Below, piece after piece: positions 10,479 through 20,707 of a stretch of DNA of 64,000 bases. The stretch comes from Candidatus Nanoarchaeia archaeon. Lineage in GTDB: Archaea > Nanobdellota > Nanobdellia > SCGC-AAA011-G17 > JAFCDX01. The stretch is taken from contig JBAZJB010000001.1 of NCBI GenBank assembly GCA_041651575.1, positions 546,096-610,095 of the forward strand, in the 5' to 3' direction. A model generated the notes under the pieces. It had not been told where the DNA came from and searched no databases. It was given only the letters and a program-made list of their open reading frames with translations. Made by a program: the position numbers and the translations under genes. Position 1 is the first letter of the stretch, and the number at the start of each line of letters is the position of its first letter.

Positions 10479-10611
10479 AAATGAAAAATTAAGTGGAATA
10501 AACACTATTTAGAGTTATAAAAATGTTTATAAATATAAATACCCCAATAGATATGTATGAAAAGAGGTTAGATATAATTTCTATACCTAAAAAAAGAGCC
10601 ATGATTAACAA

Positions 10612-12006
10612 ATGAAAAAAAATATTTTTTTATTGAGTCTGATATTCTTATTATTAAGTGGAATAGTCTTTGCAGATAGTTTCCCTATATATGTTAAACC
10701 TTTAAGTGGAGGATCTGTTCAGCCAAGTACAGCTTTTGATTATAGATTTGATTTTACCTCTGATCAAGCTTGTGCAAGTGTATTACATTCTGTTACAAAA
10801 ACTATAACCACAGATAAATATGGGATTGGTTTTGCTGAATTAGATATAAGTCCGTTAAATGACACTCCTTCTTATTTATGTGAATATAGGGCAGCAAGCG
10901 GAGGTGCAGTAACTTTAAGACAAACACATAATATAAGCACCGGACTTTTTAACAGGACTTTAGGAAAAGATATTAAATATAATTATGTCAATGTAACTGG
11001 AAATGTAACTTTAGGTCAACAAATTTCTTTCAAACTCGGTTCAATTATAAAAGAAATCTCAAGTTGGGTCATATCAACTACATCTTTGGCTATCCAAGGA
11101 GATTTAAATGTAACTGGAAATGTAAATGTTACAGGATATGTAAATGCTTCAACAGTTTATTCTGGAGGAATAAATCTAAGTGAATTAGGAACTTATGCTT
11201 ACAATCAAACTACATATGCTTTAGTTGTAATTAGTACAAATATTAGCGCTTTAAACGAATCATTATTAACTTATATTAATTCTAATATTACAAACTTAAA
11301 TGCCTCTATAAATTATAATTATAATGAATCAAATTATGTTCTTACAATAACAAATACAAATTTTACAGCATTAAATGAATCAGTAACAAAATGGCTTTAT
11401 AATATGAGTGATGGAGGAGCAGATGGTTCTTACAATGCAACTTACGAATGGATCAATACTACTTATAATAAATATTGGTATAACATGAGTGATGGGAGCT
11501 ACAATGTTAGTTATGCAGAAGGAGATATTAATTTACAGTCTAATATTTCTGCAGTCAATACTTCTTTAATGAGTTATATTAATTCTAATATTACTTCTTT
11601 GAATAATTCTATTGTTACAAATTATATTACTGATTTTATTAAATATTGGTATAATCAAACTTTAGCTACCCTTACCTATTTAACTGAATCTTCTAATAAT
11701 TTACAAACAAATATTTCTGCAGTCAATACTTCTTTAATGAGTTATATTAATAATAATATTACAAACTTAAATGCATCATTAATTTATAATTATAATACTA
11801 CGACTTATGCTCTAACCACATTAGCAACTAATATTACAAACTTAAATGCGTCTGTAACAAAATATTTGTATAATCAAACATGGTTGAATATAGATTATTT
11901 AAATGTAACAAATAATTTTAATGCCACAAATATAACAACAACAAATATCTCTATAGGAAATGGAGTAATATTCTGGAATGGAAGTAATTTAATAATTAGT
12001 GGTTAA
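10612..12006 (+). CDS. Secreted Asn/Thr-rich repetitive (fibre-like) glycoprotein
   Basis: Signal peptide; LNVTG beta repeats; repeated NIS(T)ALNxSL and WYN(M/Q)(S/T) units. Confidence 0.65.
   Translation: MKKNIFLLSLIFLLLSGIVFADSFPIYVKPLSGGSVQPSTAFDYRFDFTSDQACASVLHSVTKTITTDKYGIGFAELDISPLNDTPSYLCEYRAASGGAVTLRQTHNISTGLFNRTLGKDIKYNYVNVTGNVTLGQQISFKLGSIIKEISSWVISTTSLAIQGDLNVTGNVNVTGYVNASTVYSGGINLSELGTYAYNQTTYALVVISTNISALNESLLTYINSNITNLNASINYNYNESNYVLTITNTNFTALNESVTKWLYNMSDGGADGSYNATYEWINTTYNKYWYNMSDGSYNVSYAEGDINLQSNISAVNTSLMSYINSNITSLNNSIVTNYITDFIKYWYNQTLATLTYLTESSNNLQTNISAVNTSLMSYINNNITNLNASLIYNYNTTTYALTTLATNITNLNASVTKYLYNQTWLNIDYLNVTNNFNATNITTTNISIGNGVIFWNGSNLIISG
11542..11751 (+). repeat. 42-bp intragenic direct repeat
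   Basis: aatatttctgcagtcaatacttctttaatgagttatattaat at 11542-11583 and 11710-11751. Confidence 0.8.
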
Positions 12007-12007
12007 T

Positions 12008-13087
12008 ATGAAAAAAGTTTTAATTTGGGGCCCCATCTTCTTTTTATTAATTATAACTATAGCCTTAGCCGATGAAGAATTATTTATTCCTGCCTTAGGT
12101 GATCAAGAAATGAATGGAGAAATGTTTGTTGGAGATGAACAATTAGGAGTTGGTCCAGCATTAGATTCATCAATCACAGTTACTCCTACGCCTCCTAGCG
12201 GTCCATCTGGCGGTGGAGGAGGTGCAGGTGGTGGAGCAGCAGCACCCAAAGTTATATTCAGTATGTATCCTCAATTAATACAAACCTATTTACCAATAGA
12301 AAAAGATGAAATAAAAACAGTAACAATAAATAATGAAGGAGAAACACAATTAATACTAGAATTAAAATTAATTAATTTAGAAGAAATTGTTAAAATAGAA
12401 ACAACTAATTTAGTAATACCCCCAAAACAAGAAAGAACAATAGAATTAAAGATATTCAATGGAACCCAAAAACCAGGAATTTATTCTGGACAGTTGCAAT
12501 TAATTTCAAAAACTTTAGTAAAAATGATTCCTATAATTATAGAAATAGAATCTGAAAAGCCATTATTTGATGCAAGCATAGAAATACCAAAAGAATCTTA
12601 TGAAATAGAAGAAAATGGTCCTTTAACTTCAAAAATAACTTTAATCAATAAAGCAAACACAGGAAAAGAAGTAAACGCAGAAGTAACATATACTATAAAA
12701 GACTTTGAAGGAAATGATCTTTACACAGAAAAAGAATCTGTTACAGTTTTAGATACAATAACTTATGATAAAAAATTAAATATAAACTTAAAAGAAGGAG
12801 AATATATTCTTGCTATAAAAGTTGATTATGGAGAAACTACTGCAGTTTCAAGTTCAACATTTAAAGTACTTCCAAAGACAATAAAAGGTATGCAAAAATC
12901 AGAATTATACTTAATAATAGGAATAGCAGCAATTTTAATAACAATGTTAATAATTGGTATTTTAAATTATGTAAAAATAATAAATATTAAAATTAAAAAA
13001 CCAAGATTGCCTGTAAAAGAAGATTTGTCTGATAAATTAAAATTAATTAAAAAGGCCTACAAAGAAGGGATATTAAAGAAGAAATAG
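12008..13087 (+). CDS. Surface protein with Gly-rich linker, Ig-like domains and C-terminal TM
   Basis: Signal peptide MKKVLI, PSGGGGG linker, beta-rich domains, C-terminal TM with basic tail. Confidence 0.65.
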   Translation: MKKVLIWGPIFFLLIITIALADEELFIPALGDQEMNGEMFVGDEQLGVGPALDSSITVTPTPPSGPSGGGGGAGGGAAAPKVIFSMYPQLIQTYLPIEKDEIKTVTINNEGETQLILELKLINLEEIVKIETTNLVIPPKQERTIELKIFNGTQKPGIYSGQLQLISKTLVKMIPIIIEIESEKPLFDASIEIPKESYEIEENGPLTSKITLINKANTGKEVNAEVTYTIKDFEGNDLYTEKESVTVLDTITYDKKLNINLKEGEYILAIKVDYGETTAVSSSTFKVLPKTIKGMQKSELYLIIGIAAILITMLIIGILNYVKIINIKIKKPRLPVKEDLSDKLKLIKKAYKEGILKKK

Positions 13088-13121
13088 TAAGATTTAAATG
13101 AATATAAACCATAACAAACTT

Positions 13122-13826
13122 ATGAAAAGAGGATTATTAATATTTTTATTACTAATTCCTATAGTATTTTCTAGCGAAATTATTATGAATCAAAAAGAGG
13201 GCATAATTACTTACAATGTAGAATTAACTTTAGAAAACACATCACTAACCCAAGATTCTTTTGTAAATGCAAATGTGAGAATAAGTGGTTTACCTGATAC
13301 ACAAAAAAGACAATTTATTATTAATTTTTATATAAAAGATCTTAATGACAAAATAATAGCAAAAGACACAAAAACAATTGTTATAGAAAAGGAATTAAAT
13401 GTTAAAAAAGAATTTTATTTAACTAAAAGATTAGAACCAGGAAAATATAATTTTATAGCAGAAGCAATATATCAAGATACCCTTGTTTCTGATTCAAAAC
13501 CCTTTAATGTGGAACTAAAATTAGATAAAAAAAGTTATTTCTCTTATAGTTTATACTCTCTAATTATTATAGCAATACTAGTAATCTCCTTTTTAATTAT
13601 CTTTGAAAGAAACAAGCTAAAAGATATAGAAAAGAAGCTTCCAGAACAATTAAGAAAAATATGTGGAGATTATAGAAAAAACAAGAAAAAACAAGAAACT
13701 TTAATAAAACTAAAAAAACAACTAAGATTGATTAATGAAGCAAAAGATTTAAGGGTAATTTCAGACGAATCTTATGAAAAAGCTTCAAATTCTATAAAAA
13801 AGGTAATAAATAAGATAAATCGATAA
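13122..13826 (+). CDS. Membrane-anchored Ig-like protein, similar to the C-terminal half of the upstream gene
   Basis: Signal peptide MKRGLL; shared (Y/T)IKD...(P/E)GxY...(Y) pattern, TM, KLKxxLxLI tail. Confidence 0.6.
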   Translation: MKRGLLIFLLLIPIVFSSEIIMNQKEGIITYNVELTLENTSLTQDSFVNANVRISGLPDTQKRQFIINFYIKDLNDKIIAKDTKTIVIEKELNVKKEFYLTKRLEPGKYNFIAEAIYQDTLVSDSKPFNVELKLDKKSYFSYSLYSLIIIAILVISFLIIFERNKLKDIEKKLPEQLRKICGDYRKNKKKQETLIKLKKQLRLINEAKDLRVISDESYEKASNSIKKVINKINR

Positions 13827-13864
13827 ATAGAAAGTTTTATAAATATAAATTTTTATTATTATTT

Positions 13865-14161
13865 ATGGTTAAAAAAGATAAGAAAGCTATTGACCAAGCT
13901 TTAAACGATATAAAAAAAGAGCTGAATATTCTTAAAAAGGATAAAAGCGGTGTAGAAAAGAAATTAGGGGATTTAAAAACTTCTTTAGCTTATACAAGAG
14001 ATAGAGAAGTAGAACTAAGAAATAAGATTTCTGAATTAATATCAAGAGAAACAAAATTAAACGAAAACAAAGATAGAGTTCAAACTCAATTAGAAACACT
14101 TAACGACAAGCTTGAAAAAGTAAAGAAGATAAGTGAAGAACTAAAAGATGTAGAAGAATAA
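13865..14161 (+). CDS. Coiled-coil hypothetical protein
   Basis: Continuous heptad pattern; upstream TATA-like element. Confidence 0.7.
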   Translation: MVKKDKKAIDQALNDIKKELNILKKDKSGVEKKLGDLKTSLAYTRDREVELRNKISELISRETKLNENKDRVQTQLETLNDKLEKVKKISEELKDVEE

Positions 14162-14191
14162 ATTTATATAATTCTTTATTAGATTTTTTAT

Positions 14192-14935
14192 ATGCAAAAG
14201 AAAGTATATTTTAATAATCAAGTTGGAGAAAAGATAGTAGGAATACTACATACCCCTAATAAAAATACCAAAAAAGCAATTATAATGGTACATGGTTTTA
14301 CTGGTCATAAAGAAGGTTATTTTACTTTAGGATTATCAAATTTATTAGAAAAAAATTATAATTTGTTAAGATATGACTTTTCTGGAAATAAAGAATCTGA
14401 AGGAAAGTTTGAAGATCAATCTTATTCAAAATATATAGAAGAGCTACATTTAGCAATTGAATTTATGAAGAATAAAGGATTTAAAGAAATTATTTTAGTC
14501 GGGCATAGTTTAGGTGCAACAATCTCTTTGTTTGAATATCAAAAATACAAAGATTCAGATAAAATTATATTTATTGCTCCTGCATTTTACTTAAAGAAAA
14601 AATTTATGTTAAGTATGGTTTTAAGATTTTTTATAACTTTAATCAAAGGAAAAATAAATTATAAAGATGCTTTTGGAAATGAAATAACTCTTAAAAGAAA
14701 ATTCTTCACAGAACGATTGTTTGTTTATAAAAAACATAAAGCCTTGAAAATTTTAAATATTCCTTCATTAGGAATCTTAGCTGAAAAAGATAAGTCCATA
14801 AATAATAAAAAATGTGAAAAGTTATTTAAAAAATATAATCTTAAATATTATATAATAAAAGAAGCAGCACATAATTTTAGAGAAGAAAAATATTTAAAGG
14901 AAGTTAGTAGTTATATATTAAAATGGCTGAAGTAA
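14192..14935 (+). CDS. Alpha/beta hydrolase
   Basis: HGF oxyanion motif, GHSLG nucleophile elbow, Asp and His (AAHNF). Confidence 0.92.
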   Translation: MQKKVYFNNQVGEKIVGILHTPNKNTKKAIIMVHGFTGHKEGYFTLGLSNLLEKNYNLLRYDFSGNKESEGKFEDQSYSKYIEELHLAIEFMKNKGFKEIILVGHSLGATISLFEYQKYKDSDKIIFIAPAFYLKKKFMLSMVLRFFITLIKGKINYKDAFGNEITLKRKFFTERLFVYKKHKALKILNIPSLGILAEKDKSINNKKCEKLFKKYNLKYYIIKEAAHNFREEKYLKEVSSYILKWLK

Positions 14936-15351
14936 AAGATTGTATTTTCTGTAAAATAATAAAAGGAGAAATTCCTTGTACTAAAATATATGAAGATAAA
15001 GATACTTTTGTAATGTTAGATATAAGTCCTGCAAGCCCGCAAGGAGGCCATACTTTAGTTATGCCAAAAAAGCATTATGAATTAATTACAGACATACCTG
15101 ATAAAGAATTATGTGAATTAACTAAGATTGTTAAAAAAATGTCTAAAGTTTTACTAAAATATGGTCAAGGATTAAATATAATTCAAAACAACAAAAAAAT
15201 AGCAGGCCAATTTGTTCCTCATGTTCATTTTCATTTAATACCCAGGTTTGAAAAAGATGGTGTCTTAATAGAGAAGTGGGCTACTCATAAATACCCAGAT
15301 GGAGAAATGATTAGGGTAGCAGATAGAATAAAAAAGCTTTTAAAAGCTTAA
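14923..15351 (+). CDS. HIT family hydrolase
   Basis: CIFCKI, GHTLVMPKKH, HVHFHLIPR. Confidence 0.95.
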   Translation: MAEVKDCIFCKIIKGEIPCTKIYEDKDTFVMLDISPASPQGGHTLVMPKKHYELITDIPDKELCELTKIVKKMSKVLLKYGQGLNIIQNNKKIAGQFVPHVHFHLIPRFEKDGVLIEKWATHKYPDGEMIRVADRIKKLLKA

Positions 15352-15369
15352 TTTCATCAATTCTCTTAA

Positions 15370-15441
15370 GGCACCTTAGCTCAGCGGTAGAGTACGAGTC
15401 TCATGAGCTCGACGTCGCCGGTTCAAATCCGGCAGGTGCCA
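15370..15441 (+). tRNA. tRNA with CAT anticodon (Ile2 or elongator Met)
   Basis: GGCACCT/AGGTGCC acceptor, CGAGT-CT CAT GA-GCTCG anticodon arm; lacks initiator A1:U72. Confidence 0.88.
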
Positions 15442-15448
15442 TTTTACA

Positions 15449-16027
15449 ATGAAAAGAGGATACAAAAAACATTTACACAGATTAAAACATCCAAAGACTT
15501 TGCTCTTATTAGGAACAATTATTCTAGCTTATATTATATTTGAAGGAAGAAATTTTGGTCCATTTCATCAATTTTTAATAGATATTGGTTATTTAGGTTA
15601 TTTGATTGCAGGAGGGTTCTATGCTTATGGATTTACAGCAGCTCCAGCAACAGCAGTTTTATTAGCAATAGCAAAAGAACATAATTTATTTTTTGGTGCA
15701 TTAATAGCAGGTATTGGGGCTTTAATTGGAGATCTAATAATATTTTTCTTAATAAGATATCCATTGAAAAAAGAACTTAAAAGTTTAGAAAAAGAAAAAG
15801 TAGTAAAATTCTTAGAAAAGGAAGAAGAAAAGGTTTTTGGAAAATATAAAAAATATTTCTTAGCCACATTTGCAGGATTTATAATTGCTACACCTTTACC
15901 ATCGGAAATAGGAATTGCATTAATGTCTTCTATAAAAAGAATGTCATTGAAAAAATTTGTAATAATTGCTTATATTTTACATACTTTGGGAATCTTCATA
16001 ATACTGTCTATAGGAAATTTAATATAA
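15449..16027 (+). CDS. Membrane protein, DedA/VTT-like
   Basis: Hydrophobic; GALIGDLIIFFLIR resembles the DedA glycine motif. Confidence 0.55.
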   Translation: MKRGYKKHLHRLKHPKTLLLLGTIILAYIIFEGRNFGPFHQFLIDIGYLGYLIAGGFYAYGFTAAPATAVLLAIAKEHNLFFGALIAGIGALIGDLIIFFLIRYPLKKELKSLEKEKVVKFLEKEEEKVFGKYKKYFLATFAGFIIATPLPSEIGIALMSSIKRMSLKKFVIIAYILHTLGIFIILSIGNLI

Positions 16028-16040
16028 AAAAAAGAAATAA

Positions 16041-16352
16041 TTATTTTTTTGTTAGGTCTATTTCTATAGTAGAAACTCTTACTGTCTTCCCTTCTTCGTT
16101 TTTAAATTGCTCTGAGTTTATTCTTATATTGTTTACAACAACTTGATTTTCTAAGAATCTCTTTGTTGCTACTTCTGCTATATCTACTGCTCTGCTAATA
16201 AATTTCCCTCTTGCCCTAATACTTACTTCTGCTGCTCCTTGGGTTGTAAACTGCATAACCAATCCAGTAACATAATTCATAAAAGGTTTGTTACCTACGA
16301 AAATTACGTGCGAGTCCTTATCTTTTGGTTTTTCTGTTTGATTTTCTGCCAT
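16041..16352 (-). CDS. albA: DNA/RNA-binding protein Alba
   Basis: IFVGNKPFMNYV, ARGKFISRAVD, VSTIEI. Confidence 0.96.
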   Translation of the reverse strand: MAENQTEKPKDKDSHVIFVGNKPFMNYVTGLVMQFTTQGAAEVSIRARGKFISRAVDIAEVATKRFLENQVVVNNIRINSEQFKNEEGKTVRVSTIEIDLTKK

Positions 16353-16454
16353 TTTAACCCTCCAAATCGTTATTTCTGTTATAAGGTTATTAGCCTATAA
16401 ACTCCTAAAAGAAAACATATATATAAAATTTACGTATTATAAGTCTATTAAACC

Positions 16455-16649
16455 CTATTTTAAAGCACTTTTCTTAACTAACTTAGAAATATGACCTGCT
16501 ATAACATTTCTTAGTTTTTTTGAAGGAATATGTGCTAATTCATCAGATAATTTTTTATTAGCTTCGAAATTATTTCCAAATCTTCCTTTACCTGCTTTAA
16601 ATATATCCATCGCATTTCTCTTAATTAACTTAGTTTTTATTCTTCCCAT
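16455..16649 (-). CDS. rps17e: 30S ribosomal protein S17e
   Basis: MGRIKTKLIKR, FEANK, SKKLRNVIAG. Confidence 0.95.
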   Translation of the reverse strand: MGRIKTKLIKRNAMDIFKAGKGRFGNNFEANKKLSDELAHIPSKKLRNVIAGHISKLVKKSALK

Positions 16650-16694
16650 GATTTAAACCACTTATTTTATTTTATAAAGCTTGCTATTTTAGAA

Positions 16695-17663
16695 TTATAA
16701 GGTCTTTATGATAACCCTATTCCTTAGCTGTTTTTCTATATATTCTTGTATTTTCTTTGTAGGCTCTCCATTTGTTATGTATAATAAAGGTAAGTTAGAT
16801 TGGGCAGCTTCATTAAATGCCAAAGAAATATCTGCTATAGATAGTTTCTTCTTATTTTGTGCTTTTGCAAAGAAAGTCATATTTCCTATTTTAGTAGGAA
16901 CTTTAACAATATAATTAGATTCTTTTCCTTTCTTTATTATCTTTGATTCCATTGCATCTATTTCATGATCTTTTAAAAATGAAAGAACTTTCTCTTCAAA
17001 TTCTCCTTTTTCTATAACTTTTGTTTCATTCTTTTTTCTTTCAACTTTAGGTTTTTTTATTTTTTCTTCTATTATTGGTTCTTCTTTCTTAACTTCTTGT
17101 TTAATTTCTTGTATTATTTCTTTTGGAAGTTCTTTTTCAACTTCTTTTTCAACTATTTTTTCTTCTTTGACTCCAAGATTACTCATTATTCTACTTTTGG
17201 CTTCAGAATCAGGATACATATACCATTTCCAAAATCTTTCTGTAATATCATTATCATTTACATCTATAGGTATAGCAAAATCTTTTATTTCTCTTAATGC
17301 CACTCTTATTGCAGGTTGCATTTCTTTATCTCTAAGAACTAATTTTTGTTTTAATAAATCAAAAGCTTCTCTTTCTTTTTCTTTTAGATGTTTATATAAA
17401 GTTTGTATTTTGTGTTCTTGACCTATGACATAATATAAAGGACTTCCACCAAATTTAGCATTTGTGAATAATACTTTTTTAGATCTAACTAAATCCGATA
17501 AAAAAGCAGAAGCATAAAAAGTATCTCTTCCTATTTCTTTTCCTACTTGAATTGGTAAAACAGGACCGTTCTTTCTAATAAAAGCAAATGCTTTTTCTTT
17601 TAGATCTTGTGAATTCTTTAATTGATCTGCACCACTCACTTTATTTGGATTTATATTAAACAT
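16695..17663 (-). CDS. Hypothetical protein: N-terminal winged-helix-like, charged linker, C-terminal alpha/beta domain
   Basis: 322-aa ORF; GPVLP..helix-turn-helix..GGSPLYY wing-like segment. Confidence 0.6.
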   Translation of the reverse strand: MFNINPNKVSGADQLKNSQDLKEKAFAFIRKNGPVLPIQVGKEIGRDTFYASAFLSDLVRSKKVLFTNAKFGGSPLYYVIGQEHKIQTLYKHLKEKEREAFDLLKQKLVLRDKEMQPAIRVALREIKDFAIPIDVNDNDITERFWKWYMYPDSEAKSRIMSNLGVKEEKIVEKEVEKELPKEIIQEIKQEVKKEEPIIEEKIKKPKVERKKNETKVIEKGEFEEKVLSFLKDHEIDAMESKIIKKGKESNYIVKVPTKIGNMTFFAKAQNKKKLSIADISLAFNEAAQSNLPLLYITNGEPTKKIQEYIEKQLRNRVIIKTL

Positions 17664-17764
17664 GGTTTTAGAACTATACTAAGCTATAAATAAGTTTTGT
17701 TTATGGTTTTAACTTAGATAAAGTAATAATTAAATTTAAATAGTTTAAAGTTTAATAAGTAAAT

Positions 17765-18049
17765 ATGTATCCAATTGAAAGAATTAGAGATATACATGAA
17801 TTAGAGTTATTTTTAGGACATTCTACTTCAGGAGCTATTTGTGAAGATCATGGAAGTAATCGTTTACCTCAAAATAGACAATCTGAACCACAACATAAAC
17901 CCAGAAGTTATGAAGATCAAGAAACAATTAGGGTAGAATGTTTTGGATTAAATGATAAAGGCGAGCTTTACTCTAAACTATGTGATAAATGTGAACATCC
18001 ACAACCTAATTGTGTATATTCCATCAGAAAAAAAGAAACTAAATCTTAA
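17765..18049 (+). CDS. Hypothetical protein with Cys cluster
   Basis: TATA-like element upstream; C..CxxC..C at C-terminus. Confidence 0.55.
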   Translation: MYPIERIRDIHELELFLGHSTSGAICEDHGSNRLPQNRQSEPQHKPRSYEDQETIRVECFGLNDKGELYSKLCDKCEHPQPNCVYSIRKKETKS

Positions 18050-18050
18050 T

Positions 18051-18635
18051 TTAAGGTCTTACCCAATTTACTTCATAATAAGTGACATCAGATTCTTCAT
18101 CAGCTATACCTAAAAGTAATCTTTTTTTTGTAGAATGAGCTACTCTGTTTTTAGCTGCAAATTCATACCAAGTCATTGTTTCTGATTCATGCACAGGATA
18201 TACTATCCATTTAGCATGTTCATCTCCTGGTTTAACTCCACGATCATAAACTCTGAAATCTGCTCCAAATTTTAAAGCAGTTTTAACAATATATCCACGT
18301 TTTCTTAAATCTCTATAAACACAATATCTTGTCCAAAAATTAGGTTCGAATTTTCTTGCTTTTTTTATAAATTCATTTACCTTCATTTTCTTATCTTTTT
18401 CATAAACATCGAGTCTTTCTCTCTCAATTAAATAAAGAGCTTCGATTAAAGCATATTGGAATCTTCCTTTTTCATTAACTTCTCCAAATCTTGATTTATC
18501 ATACAATTCTCTAGAAACATTATTTTCTTCTGCAAGAACATTTTGTCCTACAAACAAACCTACAAACTTCTCATTAGAAGAGTCTATAATTTCTAATTTA
18601 GTTTCAATTTTCTTAGGTTCTACCTTTTTTATCAT
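18051..18635 (-). CDS. endA: tRNA splicing endonuclease (single catalytic unit)
   Basis: EALYL, YRDLRKRGY, KFGADFRVY(10)H, RVAHSTKK; start at MIKK avoids overlap with rnz. Confidence 0.96.
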   Translation of the reverse strand: MIKKVEPKKIETKLEIIDSSNEKFVGLFVGQNVLAEENNVSRELYDKSRFGEVNEKGRFQYALIEALYLIERERLDVYEKDKKMKVNEFIKKARKFEPNFWTRYCVYRDLRKRGYIVKTALKFGADFRVYDRGVKPGDEHAKWIVYPVHESETMTWYEFAAKNRVAHSTKKRLLLGIADEESDVTYYEVNWVRP

Positions 18636-18696
18636 ATAATACTCTTTGAAAAGGAGTATAAAAAGTTTTTTATATACTAAAATTGGACTTATTAAA

Positions 18697-19590
18697 ATGA
18701 AAATCATATTTTTAGGCACTGCAGCAATGCAACCTACAAAGGATAGAAGTTTATTTTCAATTATATTAAATTATAATGAAGAAAGCATTATGATAGATTG
18801 TGGAGAAGGAACTCAAAGGCAAATGAAAATTGCTGGATTAAAACCAACTAAATTAACTAAAATTTTAATTTCACATATGCATGGAGATCACTTATTTGGG
18901 TTACCTGGATTAATGCAATATCTTAGAGCAAATGATTATCAAAAAACTCTTGAAATTTATGGTCCTTCAAAATTAAAAGACTTTTTATCTTGTGTTATTA
19001 AAACAGGAACCATTGAAGAAAATATAAAATATAATATTAATGAAATTAAAGAAGGAATTATTTATTCCGGTAAAGATTTTTCTATAAAAGCCTTGAAATT
19101 AGATCATACTGGAATTTGTTATGGATTCCAATTCATAGAACACGATAAAAGAAAAATAGATTTAAGTTACTTAAAAAAATTTGGATTGAAACAACATCCT
19201 ATTTTAAAAAATTTACAACAAGGAAAAGATATTATTTGGGATGGAAAGAAAATTTCTGCTAATAAAGCAACTAAATTAATTAAAGGTAAAAAAATTGCAT
19301 TTATTTTAGATACAAAACTTTGTAAAAATTGTTATGAATTAGCAAAGGATTCAGATGTTTTAATATCTGAAGCAACTTATCTTGATGAATTAAAAGATAG
19401 AGCAGAATTATACAAACATATGACAGTAAAACAAGTAGCTGAAATAGCTAAAAAAGCAAATATTCAAAAATTAATTTTAACACACTTTTCCCAACGATAT
19501 AAAGATACAAAAGAGCTTGAAAACGAAGCAAAAAAATACTTTAAAAAACAAGTTATTTGTGCAAAAGACTTTTTAGAAATTGAAATTTAA
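18697..19590 (+). CDS. rnz: Ribonuclease Z
   Basis: FLGT, DCGEGTQ, HxHxDH, EAT, THFSQRY. Confidence 0.96.
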   Translation: MKIIFLGTAAMQPTKDRSLFSIILNYNEESIMIDCGEGTQRQMKIAGLKPTKLTKILISHMHGDHLFGLPGLMQYLRANDYQKTLEIYGPSKLKDFLSCVIKTGTIEENIKYNINEIKEGIIYSGKDFSIKALKLDHTGICYGFQFIEHDKRKIDLSYLKKFGLKQHPILKNLQQGKDIIWDGKKISANKATKLIKGKKIAFILDTKLCKNCYELAKDSDVLISEATYLDELKDRAELYKHMTVKQVAEIAKKANIQKLILTHFSQRYKDTKELENEAKKYFKKQVICAKDFLEIEI

Positions 19591-19785
19591 TTACTTTTCT
19601 TGTGATTCTTCTATAAGAAATTCTATAACTTTTGGACCTCTTCCATTACCAGAAAGATATTTTACTTGCACTTTATTGTAATTTTCATCTGCTTTTTCAT
19701 CTGGCTCATTTAATAATTCAAAACCTTCTCTCATAGCAATCCCCTTATGAGATTTCAATAAATATAATTCTTGATATAAATCCAT
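19591..19785 (-). CDS. Hypothetical protein
   Basis: 64-aa ORF starting 1 nt after the tfb stop. Confidence 0.55.
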   Translation of the reverse strand: MDLYQELYLLKSHKGIAMREGFELLNEPDEKADENYNKVQVKYLSGNGRGPKVIEFLIEESQEK

Positions 19786-19786
19786 T

Positions 19787-20707
19787 TTATTTTTCTTCTA
19801 ATTTTTTTTCTTTTAATTTATCTTTTAAATTCAACTCTTTTAATAATTCTTTGTATCTGTTTCTGATTGTAACTTCGGTAACACCTGCAACATCTGCAAC
19901 CTCTCTTTGTGTTCTTTTTTCATTATTCAATAAAGCTGCAACATATAATGCTGCTGCTGCAATTCCAGTAGGACCTCTACCAGAAGTTAATTCTGCTTTT
20001 GTTGCTTTTTGTAATAATTCTACTGCTTTTGATTGTGCATCTGCACTTAATTTCAATGCTGAAACGAATCTTGGTAAATAATCAACAGGATCTGAAGGTA
20101 ATATTCTAATTCCTAATTCTCTTGTAATAAATCTGTAAGTTCTTCCAACTTCTTTCTTTTCTATACCTGAAGCTTCGGATAATTCATCTAATGTTCTTGG
20201 AACTTCATTTCTTCTACATGCAGCATATAATGCTCCTGCAACAACAGATTCCATAGATCTTCCACGAACTAAACCTCTTTGAACAGCCATATGATAAATT
20301 CTTGCTGCTTCTTCGTCAACTGATTTTGGTAATTTTAAGAATGAAGATACTCTTTTTAATTCTGCTAATGCTAATTTTAAATTTCTTTCAATTGCAGTTG
20401 ATACTCTGTATTGCCATTTTCTTAATCTGAAGAATTTATTTCTTTCTTTTCCGCCTAATTGGAATATATCTCCTGTTTGACCAATAGAAGTTCCTAAACC
20501 TTTATCATATTTAGTATAAGTTAAAGCTTGACCTGTTCTACGCCTTGATTCTGCCTTGTCTTCAAATTCACGCCATTCTTGGCCGAAATCAACCATTTTT
20601 TCTTCTATAACAAGACCACAATCACGACAAATAACTTCACCTCTATCTTTCTCTATACTCAAATTATTAGAACCACATTCGGGACATTTTTCAACATAAT
20701 GAGGCAT
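19787..20707 (-). CDS. tfb: Transcription initiation factor IIB
   Basis: CPECG zinc ribbon, EWR B-finger, two cyclin repeats, VTEVTIRNRY. Confidence 0.98.
   Translation of the reverse strand: MPHYVEKCPECGSNNLSIEKDRGEVICRDCGLVIEEKMVDFGQEWREFEDKAESRRRTGQALTYTKYDKGLGTSIGQTGDIFQLGGKERNKFFRLRKWQYRVSTAIERNLKLALAELKRVSSFLKLPKSVDEEAARIYHMAVQRGLVRGRSMESVVAGALYAACRRNEVPRTLDELSEASGIEKKEVGRTYRFITRELGIRILPSDPVDYLPRFVSALKLSADAQSKAVELLQKATKAELTSGRGPTGIAAAALYVAALLNNEKRTQREVADVAGVTEVTIRNRYKELLKELNLKDKLKEKKLEEK

Noticed and set aside
10557..10571. MKRG-stop micro-ORF upstream of the fibre-like gene
   Set aside because: Only four codons; cannot be distinguished from a decayed start or chance.
16353..16410. 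Hairpin in the alba 5' leader
   Set aside because: Short, AT-rich and bulged; expected by chance at this base composition.
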